A stretch of 61,841 bases of DNA, the filler included. It is 11 parts of 11 records of this genome, joined end to end, with 100 filler letters (N's around TTAATTAATTAA, not from the genome) between each part and the next. Parts side by side here need not be neighbours in the genome. Positions count along the whole stretch, not along the records: positions 1 to 8,387 come from SRR7504441_12731; positions 8,488 to 15,505 come from SRR7504441_12742; 9 more parts are not named here. One strand, 5' to 3'. Numbering within the stretch: position 1 is the first letter of the stretch; each line of letters opens with the position of its first letter. This document shows, one piece after another, positions 1 through 12,016 of this stretch. A program made the position numbers and the translations under genes. The notes below the pieces were generated by a model. It did not search any database. It saw only the letters and a program-made list of their open reading frames with translations, and had not been told where the DNA came from.

Positions 1-3000
1 GCCCGAGCCTATGCGGCCCGGAGGTGGCCGAGGCGTCCTGGAACGAGGCTGCACAGCTCGCTAGGGCGGTTCTACCCAGAGTGTGGCTGCTGGCGGGAGT
101 AGACCCAGAGGGTTGCTGGACCGGTCTGGGCCCTGACGATTACCGCGCGATCGCGAGGGCCGAGGTGCGCGGTGCGAGACGGCGGACTGACTAGGGGCAG
201 CAATGGCTGGCCATTGAGTGTGAGAGGAGCACTGTGACAGCGATCTGGTGCGGGCCGTGGGGTGTGCCCGGGCTGAGGTGGGGCCCAGGCGGCTGGTGGC
301 ACGCAGCATGGCGCTGCTGCTGCTGGGGCTGGCACCGGAAGAGTTCGCACCGAAGCGCCTGAAAGCGCTCAAGAAGCAGATCTATACTGCAATGGTGCTG
401 GCGCAGGAGGTGGACAATGATATAGCTTCGTACCACCTCACAGATCCCGAGCAAGTGGCGGTGCGAGGGATGGCAAAGCTCGTGGCCTGCAGGGCCATCC
501 TGGCGCTTCCTGCAGAGCCTGATTCAGCGGACGCCTATGCACGCCACTGTGATGAAGCGCCAAAGCTGGCAACAGATGCGCTTGATTTGGTACCTCAGCA
601 TCCTCAGCCGTTTAGATTCTGGCGAGTGGCCTACCGCACACTGCAGCTGTGTGGCACAGTCAAGGGTGCTCGAGAGGTCTGGCTGCAGAACAGCGATGAA
701 AACCTATCAAGTGGTCTAGTGCAGCTGCTAGGTATGGACCAAGGGTGCACCACGGCGCTGGGAGGGCCTCTGGATGAGCAAGCCGAGAGCGTATCATCCG
801 GAGGAGTGAGCACGGGCGAAGTAGCGCTGTATATGCACCCAGGAGTGCTGTGCCCGTTCGAAATGCCTGAGGACGAGGATAAGGCCAGATGGTATGGATC
901 AAATGGCAGGACGTGGGTGCCATACGAGCCTCGGTTTTCACGGATAATAGAGGAAGGGTACCAGCGAGTGCTTGCGGATCCAAACGCGGACTATCCACGC
1001 ATTTCGTACGGTGGCGAGAATTTCATGATCAACACGAGCAGCATGTTTAGCTATTGCCTGAGGCGGAAAAATACAAGCCCCGTGCTCAGAAAAGAGCTGA
1101 AAAGTGAAGAGGTAGCTGATTTACTGAGAAGGACTAGATTTTCACTCTACTGCTTACAGGAAAAGCAGAAGGAGCTCTTTGCAAAGCATTTCGGTGTCGG
1201 AGAGTTGTGGGGGCTCTCGGCGTCTGCTTGCATGTCATCAGCCCAGGTGATGTGCTCTGAGCAGGAGAGTAAAATGAGCGTGTGCCGTGTAGGAGAGGGA
1301 GATGATTTCGTCCATTCATGGCTCCAAGGACGCTGTGAGTGTTGTGTGCAACCAGCTCGAAATGATCGAGCAAATCAATCGGGCGGAGGCTCAGGCAGAG
1401 CTCTATTCTACACCCCTGCCTAAGTTCAGCAGCCAGCCATCGCTGGCTGAATACAAAGCCGCGATGGATGCAACTGGCGGCTCGCCACTAGATCCCTGGG
1501 ACATGCAATCCGAGTATGAATCATCTGAGCGGCCAGCTACGCTTCTCTGGAGAGTCGTGTCTCCAACGGTTGGCCTGACATCAAAGCTCTTGCCTGATCA
1601 GCAGTTTGCAGGGCGTCAACATACGCACCGAACCGCGAATTACTTCCGGGCCGGACGACAATAAACATGGAAAACTGGATTTTGGCGAGGTTGTGAGAAC
1701 CACCGGCCAGGTTGTGTCTAGCCTAGTGCTGGTGCCAAGGGTTGTTAGGTGTCGGATGACGGCGAATGGGTTGAACTACAGGCGTGCAGATATGCGAATG
1801 GGTTGAACAGCCATCTCTGGGCACGCACTTGCCGCCGTTACGCCGTATCTACAAAATCATTCATGGTGTCTGCGTGTGAGCCGTGGGCCAGTCGTTATAG
1901 CCGTGAGCCCTGTGTGCTGGCGAGCGCAATGGACAATTGGCCAGACTTTGATCCACAACTACGAAACTGTCTCCTTCAAGATGCGATTTCAACTCAAGAT
2001 TGCTTGGGACTGGTGCTTGGATTTGATGGATTTGATGAGGAGGGCGAGCTGTCTTCCGATTTGAGCACTTTGCGCCTCACTCAATTAATGGAGGAAGCGT
2101 TCAGCGAGAGTCAGGCATCTGCCTCGGCAGTGAGGGTGCTTGGGGTGATTCTGTCTAGTGCTCGACTTTGGCGTGACGGCAACTCTACTGAGCTGCTGAG
2201 TTGCGCCAGCTTGCTACTCAGATACGGAGAGGCCGAAATCAAGCGGATTGCGAGTCAGGTGGTCACTAGTGATGGATCAGAGGTTGATCTGGGCTTAGCT
2301 GCACCAAGCAAACCTTTGTGCCTGCTCTTGCGGCTACTGTGGAATCTAGCGTCCTTGGGGTCTGCAGGGCTTGAACATAGGGCAGACAAGGTGAGACCTA
2401 TCAGCTTGCAAATGCAAGAAGACATACAGCGAATGCTCCTGGCATGTATGTCAGCACCAGAGGCCGTGGGCAACACATTTGAGTCAACCAGCAGACTCTG
2501 TGTGCTTGCCTTGTGGCAGCTTTTGTTCCTCGGAGCAGCATCCAAGGACAACGCTGCATTGGCGCAACTGCCTCAAGGGCTACAAGAGGCTGGTCTGAAT
2601 CACACACTTTGTCCTGAGTTAGAACACATTGCCCTGACTACCGAGTTCCAGCAGGCGCTGGACATTGCGAAGAACTGGAAATGCAACTATTTCCACAATG
2701 ATCAGCAAGGGGACAAGCTGCCTGATGACCTATATGATGCTTGTATAGATCAAGAGCAGCTCGAGGCTAACATGGCTGCATACGAATCCGAGTGTGCGCG
2801 AATAATGATGCCTCTTGATGATGCCATCTTGGGAGCTGGCACAGGACTCATACAAAAAGATAATGATGCCTCCCTCGAAGCTTTGCAGAATCAATTCAAG
2901 GAATTCGATAATGCCTCCCGGTCAGCATTTGCGGCACTGATGTGGCATGTCGAACCGCTGGCACTGCTTGAGGACCCGGAGGAGGCTCGGAAAGTCCCCA

Positions 3001-6000
3001 AGATGAAGTCGAAAGCCAAGCTGATCATGATGCAAGTCCAGGACAACGTGACAGCGTGGCTGCAAGAGCATTTGAGTGCTTCGACCGGACTCGAGGGAGA
3101 AGACCTACGCTTGCACATAGAAAAGGGAACGAGAGATGCGCAAGGGATTGTGGAACGGGCCGTTCTTATGCTCGAGTTACATTCAAGCCGATACTTGGAA
3201 TTGGCAGACCCCAAGCAATTAGAAACAGGTGCTGGCTCAGAGATAATCTCCTTGCTGCGCACTGACAGCTATCCTGGAGGGCGCTTGACTCGCGTAGGGA
3301 TGGGGTCTGGCGACCAGAGGCTTCATCTGGAGAGACTCAGACGAATTGTATCTGGTCGCTCTCAGGCAAATGAGGGCGACCCCCGAAAAGTTTCTTTGAA
3401 AGCTGTGATCTCAGTTTTGCTGCCACAAGGACAAGAGGCCACCATCGATACTACAGCTGTGAGGGAGGCGCTGAAGGGCCAGCAAGAAAAGGCGAGAACT
3501 CTGATGACAGCCTTGGATGCAATGGCTGAGGTTACGACACTCAATGGCCCAAAAGCCGATTTAGCTGCCTCGGTCCTCTTAGTTCTGAGTTCCCAGATGA
3601 ACCGAGATGGGTGGCTGCATCCGGAAGAACTTTGCATTGGCTGCGGCCTGTTGGTTGGAGACGCGGTGCGTCAGCAGTGGCACAAACTTGTGGCACATAT
3701 CATCGGCCGCTGTCCTGATAAGCTGGCTCAGATCGCAACCCTATGGAAGCCCGCCGATTTGAAGTTTGTGGCCGCCCTTGATTTGCCGTCGAGGCTGCTT
3801 CAAGTCGCCTCACAGGGTTCGGATCTTGCACCACATGCTTGGAAGCTCGTGAAGTCCCTAGTGCTGCTTGTTGCTGGGATGAGGCCAACAGATGACACCA
3901 GACTGGTTCAGCAATCAGTTGTAAACAGTGTTTTGGATCATTTGGAGCATTGCCTGCAGAGCAGTGATCTGGTGCATCAACGCAGCGAATTAGAGAGGCA
4001 TGGGAACGCACCATTCTGCTTGCTCGCCCTGATGCTACCACCAGAGATTGACGAGACCGAAATGCTGCAGACCCTAGCGACCCATGGTGGGAGCATCACA
4101 ACATTTGATGTCGTGTGGATCAAGCAAATGGCAGGTCTCTTGCTCAGGGTATGCTTAACACATCCAGGCTGGGAGCTGGCACAGGGCTCATTTGCGTTGG
4201 TGTTGCGAGTGTTACGCCAGCTCACAAATCTGGAATCTGCAGACGAAATTGCCAGAGACCATGGCTTCGGATCCCTGCCCAAGGGTAGGATGTTGAATGA
4301 CTGTGTTGGGAGCACTAATCAAATCACAGCAGAAACGGCACTGGGCAAGGAGGCACCGCCTGGTTCTGTGATGATTGCACTGCTTGCCAAGCTCTCTTTC
4401 ATGGATGATCAAGAGAGCGTGTTTTCGGAGCAAGCGCGTGAAGTCTTTTCGCAAATGGCGCAGGCGGCAATTCCTAGCCTCCGACAAGCGAGGATCATGC
4501 AAGACTATGAACTGCACCCCCTCTGGCAACCAGCCATAGATCATTTCGTCGCCAAGTCCATGGGTGTCGCCCTTCTGGCTGGTATGCCGCGTGATATCCC
4601 CATTGATGCTCTCAAGGTAATGCCTGAGCTAGCCACACAGCTCCACGACACCTCTCTTTCGCTCAAAGCAATGGGTGGCCAGCCCACGGTTATTCGCTCC
4701 GGAACTCACGCTCGCGGGCCCAGTGGGCTTGTTCTCGTGACCCACTATGAACTGGGCGACAAGTCATCTGACGTGCTTGTGTTGCCGAAACTGAATTCGA
4801 GTGAAACACTGGAGATCACTGCCCTGGAGCCGGTGAGTGGGATACAAGTACTAGGGACCCATGTGAAAGAGCTGCTCCAGGTGGTTGGCTGGCATGTAAA
4901 GCAGATGCTGTCGAACGAGCCCATGGATGACAGACAGTGTGTCAGCGGAGCACAACAGGCGTTGGCAATCAAAGCCCTTGCTACTCACATGACACAGCTA
5001 CCTGAGATCACAGCCGAGGCACTAGCCGAGCACGGGCTTGCTTGGGAGCTCATGCAAGTCGCACAGGATGCTCAGCTGGCAGGCAAGTGCAACATTGACG
5101 ACTCAATCCAAGTTTTGGAACTGCTTGCGTATCAAGTGCTTCTACCAATTGCGACTGGCCACGACAGCCGCGCCAAACTGGGCCCAGACATCCTTGCCCA
5201 GCTCGCATCTATATCATACGACTTCAACTGCCCCTATGCTAAAGTCCAAGAGATGTTTGAGGAACAAGGTGGACTCGATGCCTTCCAAAGTGACCCTTCG
5301 GGCCATCTGAATAAGGTGCGCAATGTAGCGTCACAGTACTTTATGGACCAGCAATCGGTGCAGTCCACTGAGCTTGATCCTGAACTCTTGTCTCTCTTTG
5401 ATTCAGCAACTTCTGCAGGGCGTGCTTCTTTTCTAAGCGGTGAATCAGATCTGTCAGCAGGACTCTCACCGGGATTACTCGTGACTTCGACCCCAGTGAG
5501 AGAGGAGACGGCTGAGGAGCTCGGCATGCAGTCAATACCAGTTGGTGTAGGCAAACTTGAGCTGTCAGAGAAACATTTGCTCATTCAAAAGCTTCTTGGC
5601 AGCGAGGAAGAAGTTTGGCGGACCAGCGCACAACTATTCTTGGCACGGATTTACAGACGACTTGCCAACTTGTATGCCATACAAGCTGCGAGCCAGCTAA
5701 TGCGGCACTGGCCTGCGTCTATTGTGATCGACACCAGCAAAGTAGGCCAGGTTTTGATGCTGATTTACAGGTGTGTAGCGTGTGGCATGGGGCAAGATGG
5801 CATCATGGGCAGCATCCTGTCCATCCTGGCCAGGAAAGATAGTTCAGAGACTACTGTGGAGCTGATTCGAGCTGCTTTCCGCATCACAAACATGCATGTA
5901 CATGCCACAAACAATGGCGAGAACACCGAAGCTGCCTCACTGAATGTGGCTTTGGCGATCCTGTCTGCTGCCTCGCGACAGATTGCTGCTGATCATGTGG

Positions 6001-8318
6001 CCCAGGAATTGTTGACACGGCATGCGGTGGAGGCATTGATCACTGTGGCGCATGTCACGGTGGGCAGTCAGCGCAGAGAAGCGATCCTTCTATTACAGCA
6101 GGTGGTTTCAGCAATCCCTGATGCTATCAAGCTTGCTGGGTCGGCAAAGAACTGGACTGAGATGTTTGCTGGACTACGGAATGGCCTTTCCCACACACTC
6201 ACTCAGAGCCAATCCGGCAGTCTGCTCGGCTCACTCTCGCTACAGAGCTATGCTGAGTTGTTTCTCTCCTACCAGGAAGCGCTGCGCCGGTCGGAGCCTC
6301 CAGCCCGGGACACTCTGCCCATCCGCCTGGAAGATGTTACAGAAAGTGGCGCCGTGAGCTTGAATGAAGTATACTGTGAAGTCACGGCGCCAACGGACTT
6401 GAAGTATACCGTGAGATCAATCAGAGAGCTGGCAGCCGAGCTCTCTGAGGGCGACAGAGCGCTGGGGCGGTTTATAACAGTCGCAGATGCTGCCACTGCG
6501 CTCCTTGAAGGCCGTGCACTACCGAAGTGCTTTACTTTGGGAGTTCTCAAGGACGGACTGCCGCCCACCTGTCCACGTTGTGGCAAGGACCTCGCCGAGT
6601 TCTACACAACTCATGCTGATTTTACTTGTGACGTGTGCTCGGTGAAGCTTCCTTTGGGTTCCAGATGCTACAGCTGCCGTGACTGTGACTTTGACATGTC
6701 CGAGGAGATAGCCGAATGGCAGAGATGGCTGACTCTTGTTGAAGTGACGGCAGCGATGACCAACGACGACTGGACCCATCCAGAGCTGATAGATCACAAC
6801 TGGAGCATTGTTGAAGTGCCGCTTTGGAGCTTTGAAGATCACCAACAGCTAGCGGCATGCCTCGATTCGTTCGGTGCAAACTTGTTCAAACTCCCAAGCT
6901 GGGCTGATCAGGATCTCACACCGTTCCCTAGGTTGGAGGGAAAGCCGGTGGATGAGCTGGTATACTACAGTCGCATGCTGGTACGGTTCTCAAAGCTGAT
7001 GATGTCTGTGCTGCCCATGCTTGATCTGTTCTCGAAAGAGGAGCGATCAGCTAAGAGTGCTGCGATTCGGAAGATGCGGTCGCTGATACTAGGCTATGAC
7101 AAGACAGAGCTGGTAGCCATGCTGCTAGGAAAGTGTAAGAATGCAACAACTGGAAACCAACAGCCCGGGGGGGGTCGAGGTGCCTGGCTCGACCTCCATA
7201 TTGATCGCTTGAGTGCTGCTCCTGGAAATTCGATTTTCAAGCAGGTGTTCGACGCCTTGCGAGAAGCAGATTATCACACCTACAATGACATGTACCGTGG
7301 GACGTACCACGGCCAACAGATGGAACAGATCTGGTATATGCATTATAAAAATGAGCGCGCAATCGACTACGGAGGAGTATTCCGAGAGACCTTCTCAAAT
7401 CTTGGACCGGATCTGTGCTCCGAGAACAACGACCTATTCATACCGGTGCCAAACTCTTCAGGAGAAGTCGAAGCTGCGCTGTACCAGGACTGTTGGATGC
7501 CCAATCCAAGCTGCCAGGCTTTTGACCAGTATGAGTTTCTGGGCAGACTGATGGCGTACGCCATCCTCTCAGACGAGTCACTCTTGGTTGCTCTGCCCCC
7601 GATGATATGGAAGCAGATCGCTGGATTCAAGCCAGACAAGCGCGATATGAAGCAGATCGATGCTGCGTGGGTGAGTAGTATTGAGCACGAGGACCACCTG
7701 GACATTTCAGAGACCCTGGGCGCGGAGCTCTGGGAATTGTCTTATGAATCGCCGTGGAAAGTCGACCTCTCCAACAAAGTTGCAGTGGAGCTCAGGCCGT
7801 CGGCCCTGACTTTTGGCGCGGCCTGTGTTACTTATGCGGAGCGGTTCGAGTGGGTGAACCAGTGCTGGGAGGCCAGACTGGCCGAATGTGAGGTCCAAGT
7901 GGACGCGATCAGGCGTGGAGTCACTTCGATCATTCCCATACAGGTCCTCAAACTATGGACAAGTAAGCAGCTCGAGACTGCGGTCTGTGGTGAGGCCGAC
8001 ATACCGGTGGACGCCCTGAAAGCGAGTGTAGAGTGGGATGATATCAGTCCCGATGCTGAGGAGGTGCAGCACTTCTGGTCAGCAGTGGAGCGGCTCGAGA
8101 ATCCCAAAGAACGATCGCTGCTGATTCAATTCATCTCGGGTCGGTCCAGGCTTCCTTGCAAACTGAAAATTGCTCGAAAGTTCTCCTCTGCTGAAGACTA
8201 TCCCTTTACACACACGTGCTTCTATACCATTGATCTCCCACCCTGGAGAGATGCAGAGGTTGCCTACGAGCGTATCCGGTACGCTATTTATAATTGTATG
8301 GAGATTGACGGGGATTGA
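1..8318 (+). CDS. Giant HECT E3 ubiquitin ligase (HERC-like C-terminus) with WWE, SH3b-like and ZZ-like Zn-finger regions; 5' partial, spliced
   Basis: ORFs 248..1423, 1302..1664, 1606..1806 and 1749..8318 join in frame via GT-AG introns 248-288, 1247-1292, 1569-1611 and 1711-1748 (plus probably ~165-194/200). HECT motifs AIDYGGVFRE, YEFLGRLMAYAI and FISGRSRLP, catalytic PFTHTCF, ending CMEIDGD. WWE-like WYGSNGRTWVPYEPRFSRIIEEGY. Zn-finger-like CPRC..CDVC..CYSCRDCDFD. Confidence 0.9.
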
Positions 8319-8387
8319 TGAGCGAGTTGGTGTTCAATTTGTCGTACGATGTGCTACTTGCAAGAGAAGGACTCAATGATTACACGA

Positions 8388-8487
8388 NNNNNNNNNNNNN
8401 NNNNNNNNNNNNNNNNNNNNNNNNNNNNNNNTTAATTAATTAANNNNNNNNNNNNNNNNNNNNNNNNNNNNNNNNNNNNNNNNNNNN
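8388..8487. other. Artificial contig linker (N44-TTAATTAATTAA-N44); identical copies at 15506-15605, 20736-20835, 26801-26900, 31622-31721, 35607-35706, 39146-39245, 42477-42576, 46103-46202, 49297-49396
   Basis: Ten identical 100-nt N-runs, each with a core that gives stops in all six frames. Confidence 0.99.
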
Positions 8488-8699
8488 GCTGGCCGGCTGT
8501 CCCAAGCCGTTCCTGCTCCCGCCACTGCCCAGCCCCGACCCGCCCACGCAAGCACGACCTGGTCTCGTTTATGACCTCCGGCGACCTTGGGCCGGGGAAA
8601 ATGCTACACGAGATGGTGCGCGTCCCGCATGCTGCCCAGGTATGAGCTCAAGGCAGGCGGAGGAGGGCGAGTCACTGCAGCGCAGGCTCGATTCGATTA

Positions 8700-8885
8700 A
8701 CGCCAGTCATCTTGCCGTACTTGCCGTAAGAGTTGCTACAGAAGCATTGGTAACTCCACTGCAATCCGAAATACTTGTAGCCTGAGCATGCAGCCTCGCA
8801 GGCGTTCTTTGACTTCCCAGAACCCACACTTTTCTCAAGGTCCCGGCTGCTAGCATCTTTGTAGCATCCCAGGAAACCCACGTTA
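8700..8885 (-). pseudogene. Isolated WSC carbohydrate-binding domain fragment
   Basis: FLGCYKDASSRDL..CEAACSGYKYFGLQWSYQCFCSNSYGKYG is a typical WSC pattern. I found no convincing start, signal peptide or natural end around it. Confidence 0.6.
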
Positions 8886-9464
8886 CTTATATGGGCAAAA
8901 TGCAGTGCGAAGGGCACTACTCTTCGATTAATGACCGAGCTGTTTGCACCACAGCGAATGCGAAGAACATACATGGCATGACAAGAACTGCTGGTATGCT
9001 CATGGCAAAGCGTGTCAAATGCCACGGTGGGAAATGCGAGGTGGCAAAATGGGGCATGTGTATTGACACATATCCACACCCTTTCACGGGAGCAAACGCT
9101 GCGAGTTTGCTCCGAAAGTATAACAATAAGCTTCCAGCGCAGCACCATTGCCACAGGGGGGAGAAACCTGGCAAGGACAAGAAATTAGGCGAACTTGCCT
9201 TGTTCGTGTTTTAATCGTGGGTGCGCCAATGCCAGCGGGTAGGTGGGCGCCTATTGAGCGGACTGATGGCTGCAGCCCCGAGTAGGGTGAAATTCCTGAA
9301 GTGGGACTGTAGTAGGGGTAGAGTTTAGAACCTGACATCTAGTTGCCAATAAAGTGATTTGAGTCTCATGTTTTAATCTTGTGAGACAGTTCGAATTCGG
9401 ATAAATATAATTATCATCTATAATATCATCATGTTCTGATCGTCCAAGCGGGCGTCAGCTATGG

Positions 9465-11963
9465 CTAGCACCCCATCGCCTGAACAAACCCATCCTGGTG
9501 CAAGCACGCCGTGCCGCCGACCGCCGGTTCCACCTCGACTGTGTACCGCATAAGGCGTTGCTTGTTGGCCTGACATTCGCCCCAGGCGACCCAGATCGCG
9601 TGACAATCCGTCTTGGTCACTGCGGGGCAAGGCATGGTAAAGTTTTCGACCAGCACTTTTCCACTGGCCAGCCCAGCTCGGATTGCCGCTGCCTCTGGCG
9701 TGTAGTCGCCACTGCCTGCGCTCGGGACTGCATCGAAGAAGTCTTTAACGTATGGCCGATACATTGAGGCCACAGGAATTGACCGACGCCACTGGTCGCA
9801 CCGCAGACCGATCCTGGTGGTATCGAACCCATGCCTCGGGCTGACAAACTCGAGCTGCGAAGCGTGTGGGAAATCGGACCATTCAGCCTCGAGCGAGCCA
9901 GTCTGGTCAATCAAGTGTGGCATCCCCGGGTGAGGCAGATCGCTGTCGCAAAATTCGCCAGGTTCGGTCGGCGTGCCGTGGTAGCTCACCAGCAAGCAGA
10001 TGTTGCCGGCGCTGTTGTTGAGGAAGACGTTGTCGCGGAAGTTGGATCGAGCGGCCGATGCCCACCCCTCGGTGCTCGAATTGACCTTGAGCAGCTCGCC
10101 AAACGTCGGGAAGCGGGCAGCAAACAATGTGCTAAAAAGCGCCTCAAAATCGGGTACGCCCAACGCTTGCTCTGTCTTCCAGATGTAGTCGCCCTTGTCG
10201 CCTCGCTTGAGAGTGCCGTTGTCGTACAGAGGCAGATCACGGGTCATATCATCGGCGTGCTGATTGTAAATTCCAACCCCACCGTTGATGACCAGGTTGT
10301 GCGTGATGTTGTTGGCCGCGCCGCCATTTACCAGGAATGACCGGCCGGCCGCTTTGTACATGACATTGCCGGAGCAGTTGGACACCGAACCCTCGTGATC
10401 GTCAAAGTATATTCCGCCCCGGCCGTGAAGCCCAGGCACCTCCAGGCTGTGGTGCACGAAGTTCTCACGATACTGCATCCCGTAACCGGCGGTCAGCGAA
10501 GCCCCGCTGTAGATGACTCCTCCATCTCCTTCACTAAAACCAGTGTTGAAGATCTCGTTGTGGTCGATCATAAGCAACGGACCGCCCGGGAGCAGCAGCT
10601 GCGAGGCCGAGTCATGCAGCAGATTATGTGAGAATCTATCGCCCGTGCCTCGGATCCTGATTTGCCAGGCTGAGCCATGCCCGAACCGCTGTGTCAAGTG
10701 GTTGTTGGCGATCAGGTTGTTGGTCGGCCGGATGTTCTCTAGTGAGTCTCCCGGATTACCCACGCTATCAATGTGACTGCCCACATCGATAATATCGTTG
10801 CCCAGCACTCGATTGAAGTAGCCTCCAGCAAGCGAGACGCCGCCAGCCGAGTTCTTGAACACACAGCCAGCGACAGTGTTATTCCCGCCGCCTGAGATAC
10901 TCACTGCTGTGCCTGTGGACCCAGTCACAGTTACGTCCCGCACCGTCACCCAACTCGAGTCCTGCAGTGAGATCAGCCCTGGCCCAGACCTCACTCCAAG
11001 TGCCGGCTCACTGCCTTCAATCGGCCATAGGTACAGCATGCTGGCCGCGCCGTCCACCCAATATTCGCCCGGCATGTCCACCTCTGACAGCAGGCCGCTC
11101 ACTGTAAACCGGCCGGGCGCCTTGCCACAGGAGCCTGAGCTGCCCTCGAGCGCCTCGCAAATCCCATAGCGTGAGTAGCTTGCAAACTGCACCGAGGTGT
11201 TGTCCTGCGACCGGACCACCTTGGCCATGTGGTGAGTCTCTCTGTACCAGTCAGCGTTGAAATACCCGGTCAGCGAGGCTCCTCCAAACCCGGGGCCAGC
11301 GGATAGCTCGGCCTGCCAGTCTCCACCCGGCTGCGCTGCGAGCGATATGTTGGCGCCGCACGGGGCGGCCGCGGTGCTCTTGTCCGAGCCCTCGCACAGG
11401 TGGCACTGCGGCCGGGGCCCCTTGGTCCGACCCTCGGCGTACACGGCGCCCTGGTCGAACACCCGCCGCACATACGCCAGGCCGTGGTTGGGGTATATCG
11501 AAGGGGTGAGTGGGACGCTCCGAGCGCCGTGGCCCCACTCTAGCGCCCCGGAGGCCCAGGCCGGGAGCGGCATCGTCATGATCTTGCCCCGGGCCGCCGG
11601 GTTGATCAGCGCGGCCACAGTGGCATTGGCCACAGGTTTGAGGTTGGAGGCGTCCAGCGGCCGTTTGGCGTCGAACACCACGTCGCCCCGGCCGCGGAAG
11701 AGCACTGGGGCAGCGGCCGACCCGCTCAGGCTGACGGTGCCGCAGCTGGTGTTAGCGGTCAGAGGGTAGACGCCGGGAAGAAAGGTGATGGTCAACCCGG
11801 CCGAGCCGTGCGGGCTGGCCAGGCGGACCGCGGCCGCGCAGCTGGCGAGCGGGGCGGCCAGGGTGCCGGCGGCCGTGTCGCTCCCGTTGGGCGAGACGAA
11901 GAGCTCCAGCCCCAGCCCGACTGCTGAGCATAGCAGCACAGCGAGCGCAGTACGATGGCCCAT
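9465..11963 (-). CDS. Secreted right-handed beta-helix (pectin-lyase-fold) protein with C-terminal TSP1-like module
   Basis: Signal peptide MGHRTALAVLLCSAVGLG (ATG 11963). Motifs FVSPNGSDTAAGT, DGGVIYSG and GIYFDD, plus NxxxN ladder repeats. C-terminal DCHAIWVAWGEC..R.RY..P..GG.AC. Confidence 0.8.
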   Translation of the reverse strand: MGHRTALAVLLCSAVGLGLELFVSPNGSDTAAGTLAAPLASCAAAVRLASPHGSAGLTITFLPGVYPLTANTSCGTVSLSGSAAAPVLFRGRGDVVFDAKRPLDASNLKPVANATVAALINPAARGKIMTMPLPAWASGALEWGHGARSVPLTPSIYPNHGLAYVRRVFDQGAVYAEGRTKGPRPQCHLCEGSDKSTAAAPCGANISLAAQPGGDWQAELSAGPGFGGASLTGYFNADWYRETHHMAKVVRSQDNTSVQFASYSRYGICEALEGSSGSCGKAPGRFTVSGLLSEVDMPGEYWVDGAASMLYLWPIEGSEPALGVRSGPGLISLQDSSWVTVRDVTVTGSTGTAVSISGGGNNTVAGCVFKNSAGGVSLAGGYFNRVLGNDIIDVGSHIDSVGNPGDSLENIRPTNNLIANNHLTQRFGHGSAWQIRIRGTGDRFSHNLLHDSASQLLLPGGPLLMIDHNEIFNTGFSEGDGGVIYSGASLTAGYGMQYRENFVHHSLEVPGLHGRGGIYFDDHEGSVSNCSGNVMYKAAGRSFLVNGGAANNITHNLVINGGVGIYNQHADDMTRDLPLYDNGTLKRGDKGDYIWKTEQALGVPDFEALFSTLFAARFPTFGELLKVNSSTEGWASAARSNFRDNVFLNNSAGNICLLVSYHGTPTEPGEFCDSDLPHPGMPHLIDQTGSLEAEWSDFPHASQLEFVSPRHGFDTTRIGLRCDQWRRSIPVASMYRPYVKDFFDAVPSAGSGDYTPEAAAIRAGLASGKVLVENFTMPCPAVTKTDCHAIWVAWGECQANKQRLMRYTVEVEPAVGGTACLHQDGFVQAMGC

Positions 11964-12016
11964 CTCGCGGAACTGCCTGGTCATAACGGACTCTTGGCCC
12001 GGCTCGGAGGTTCGCA

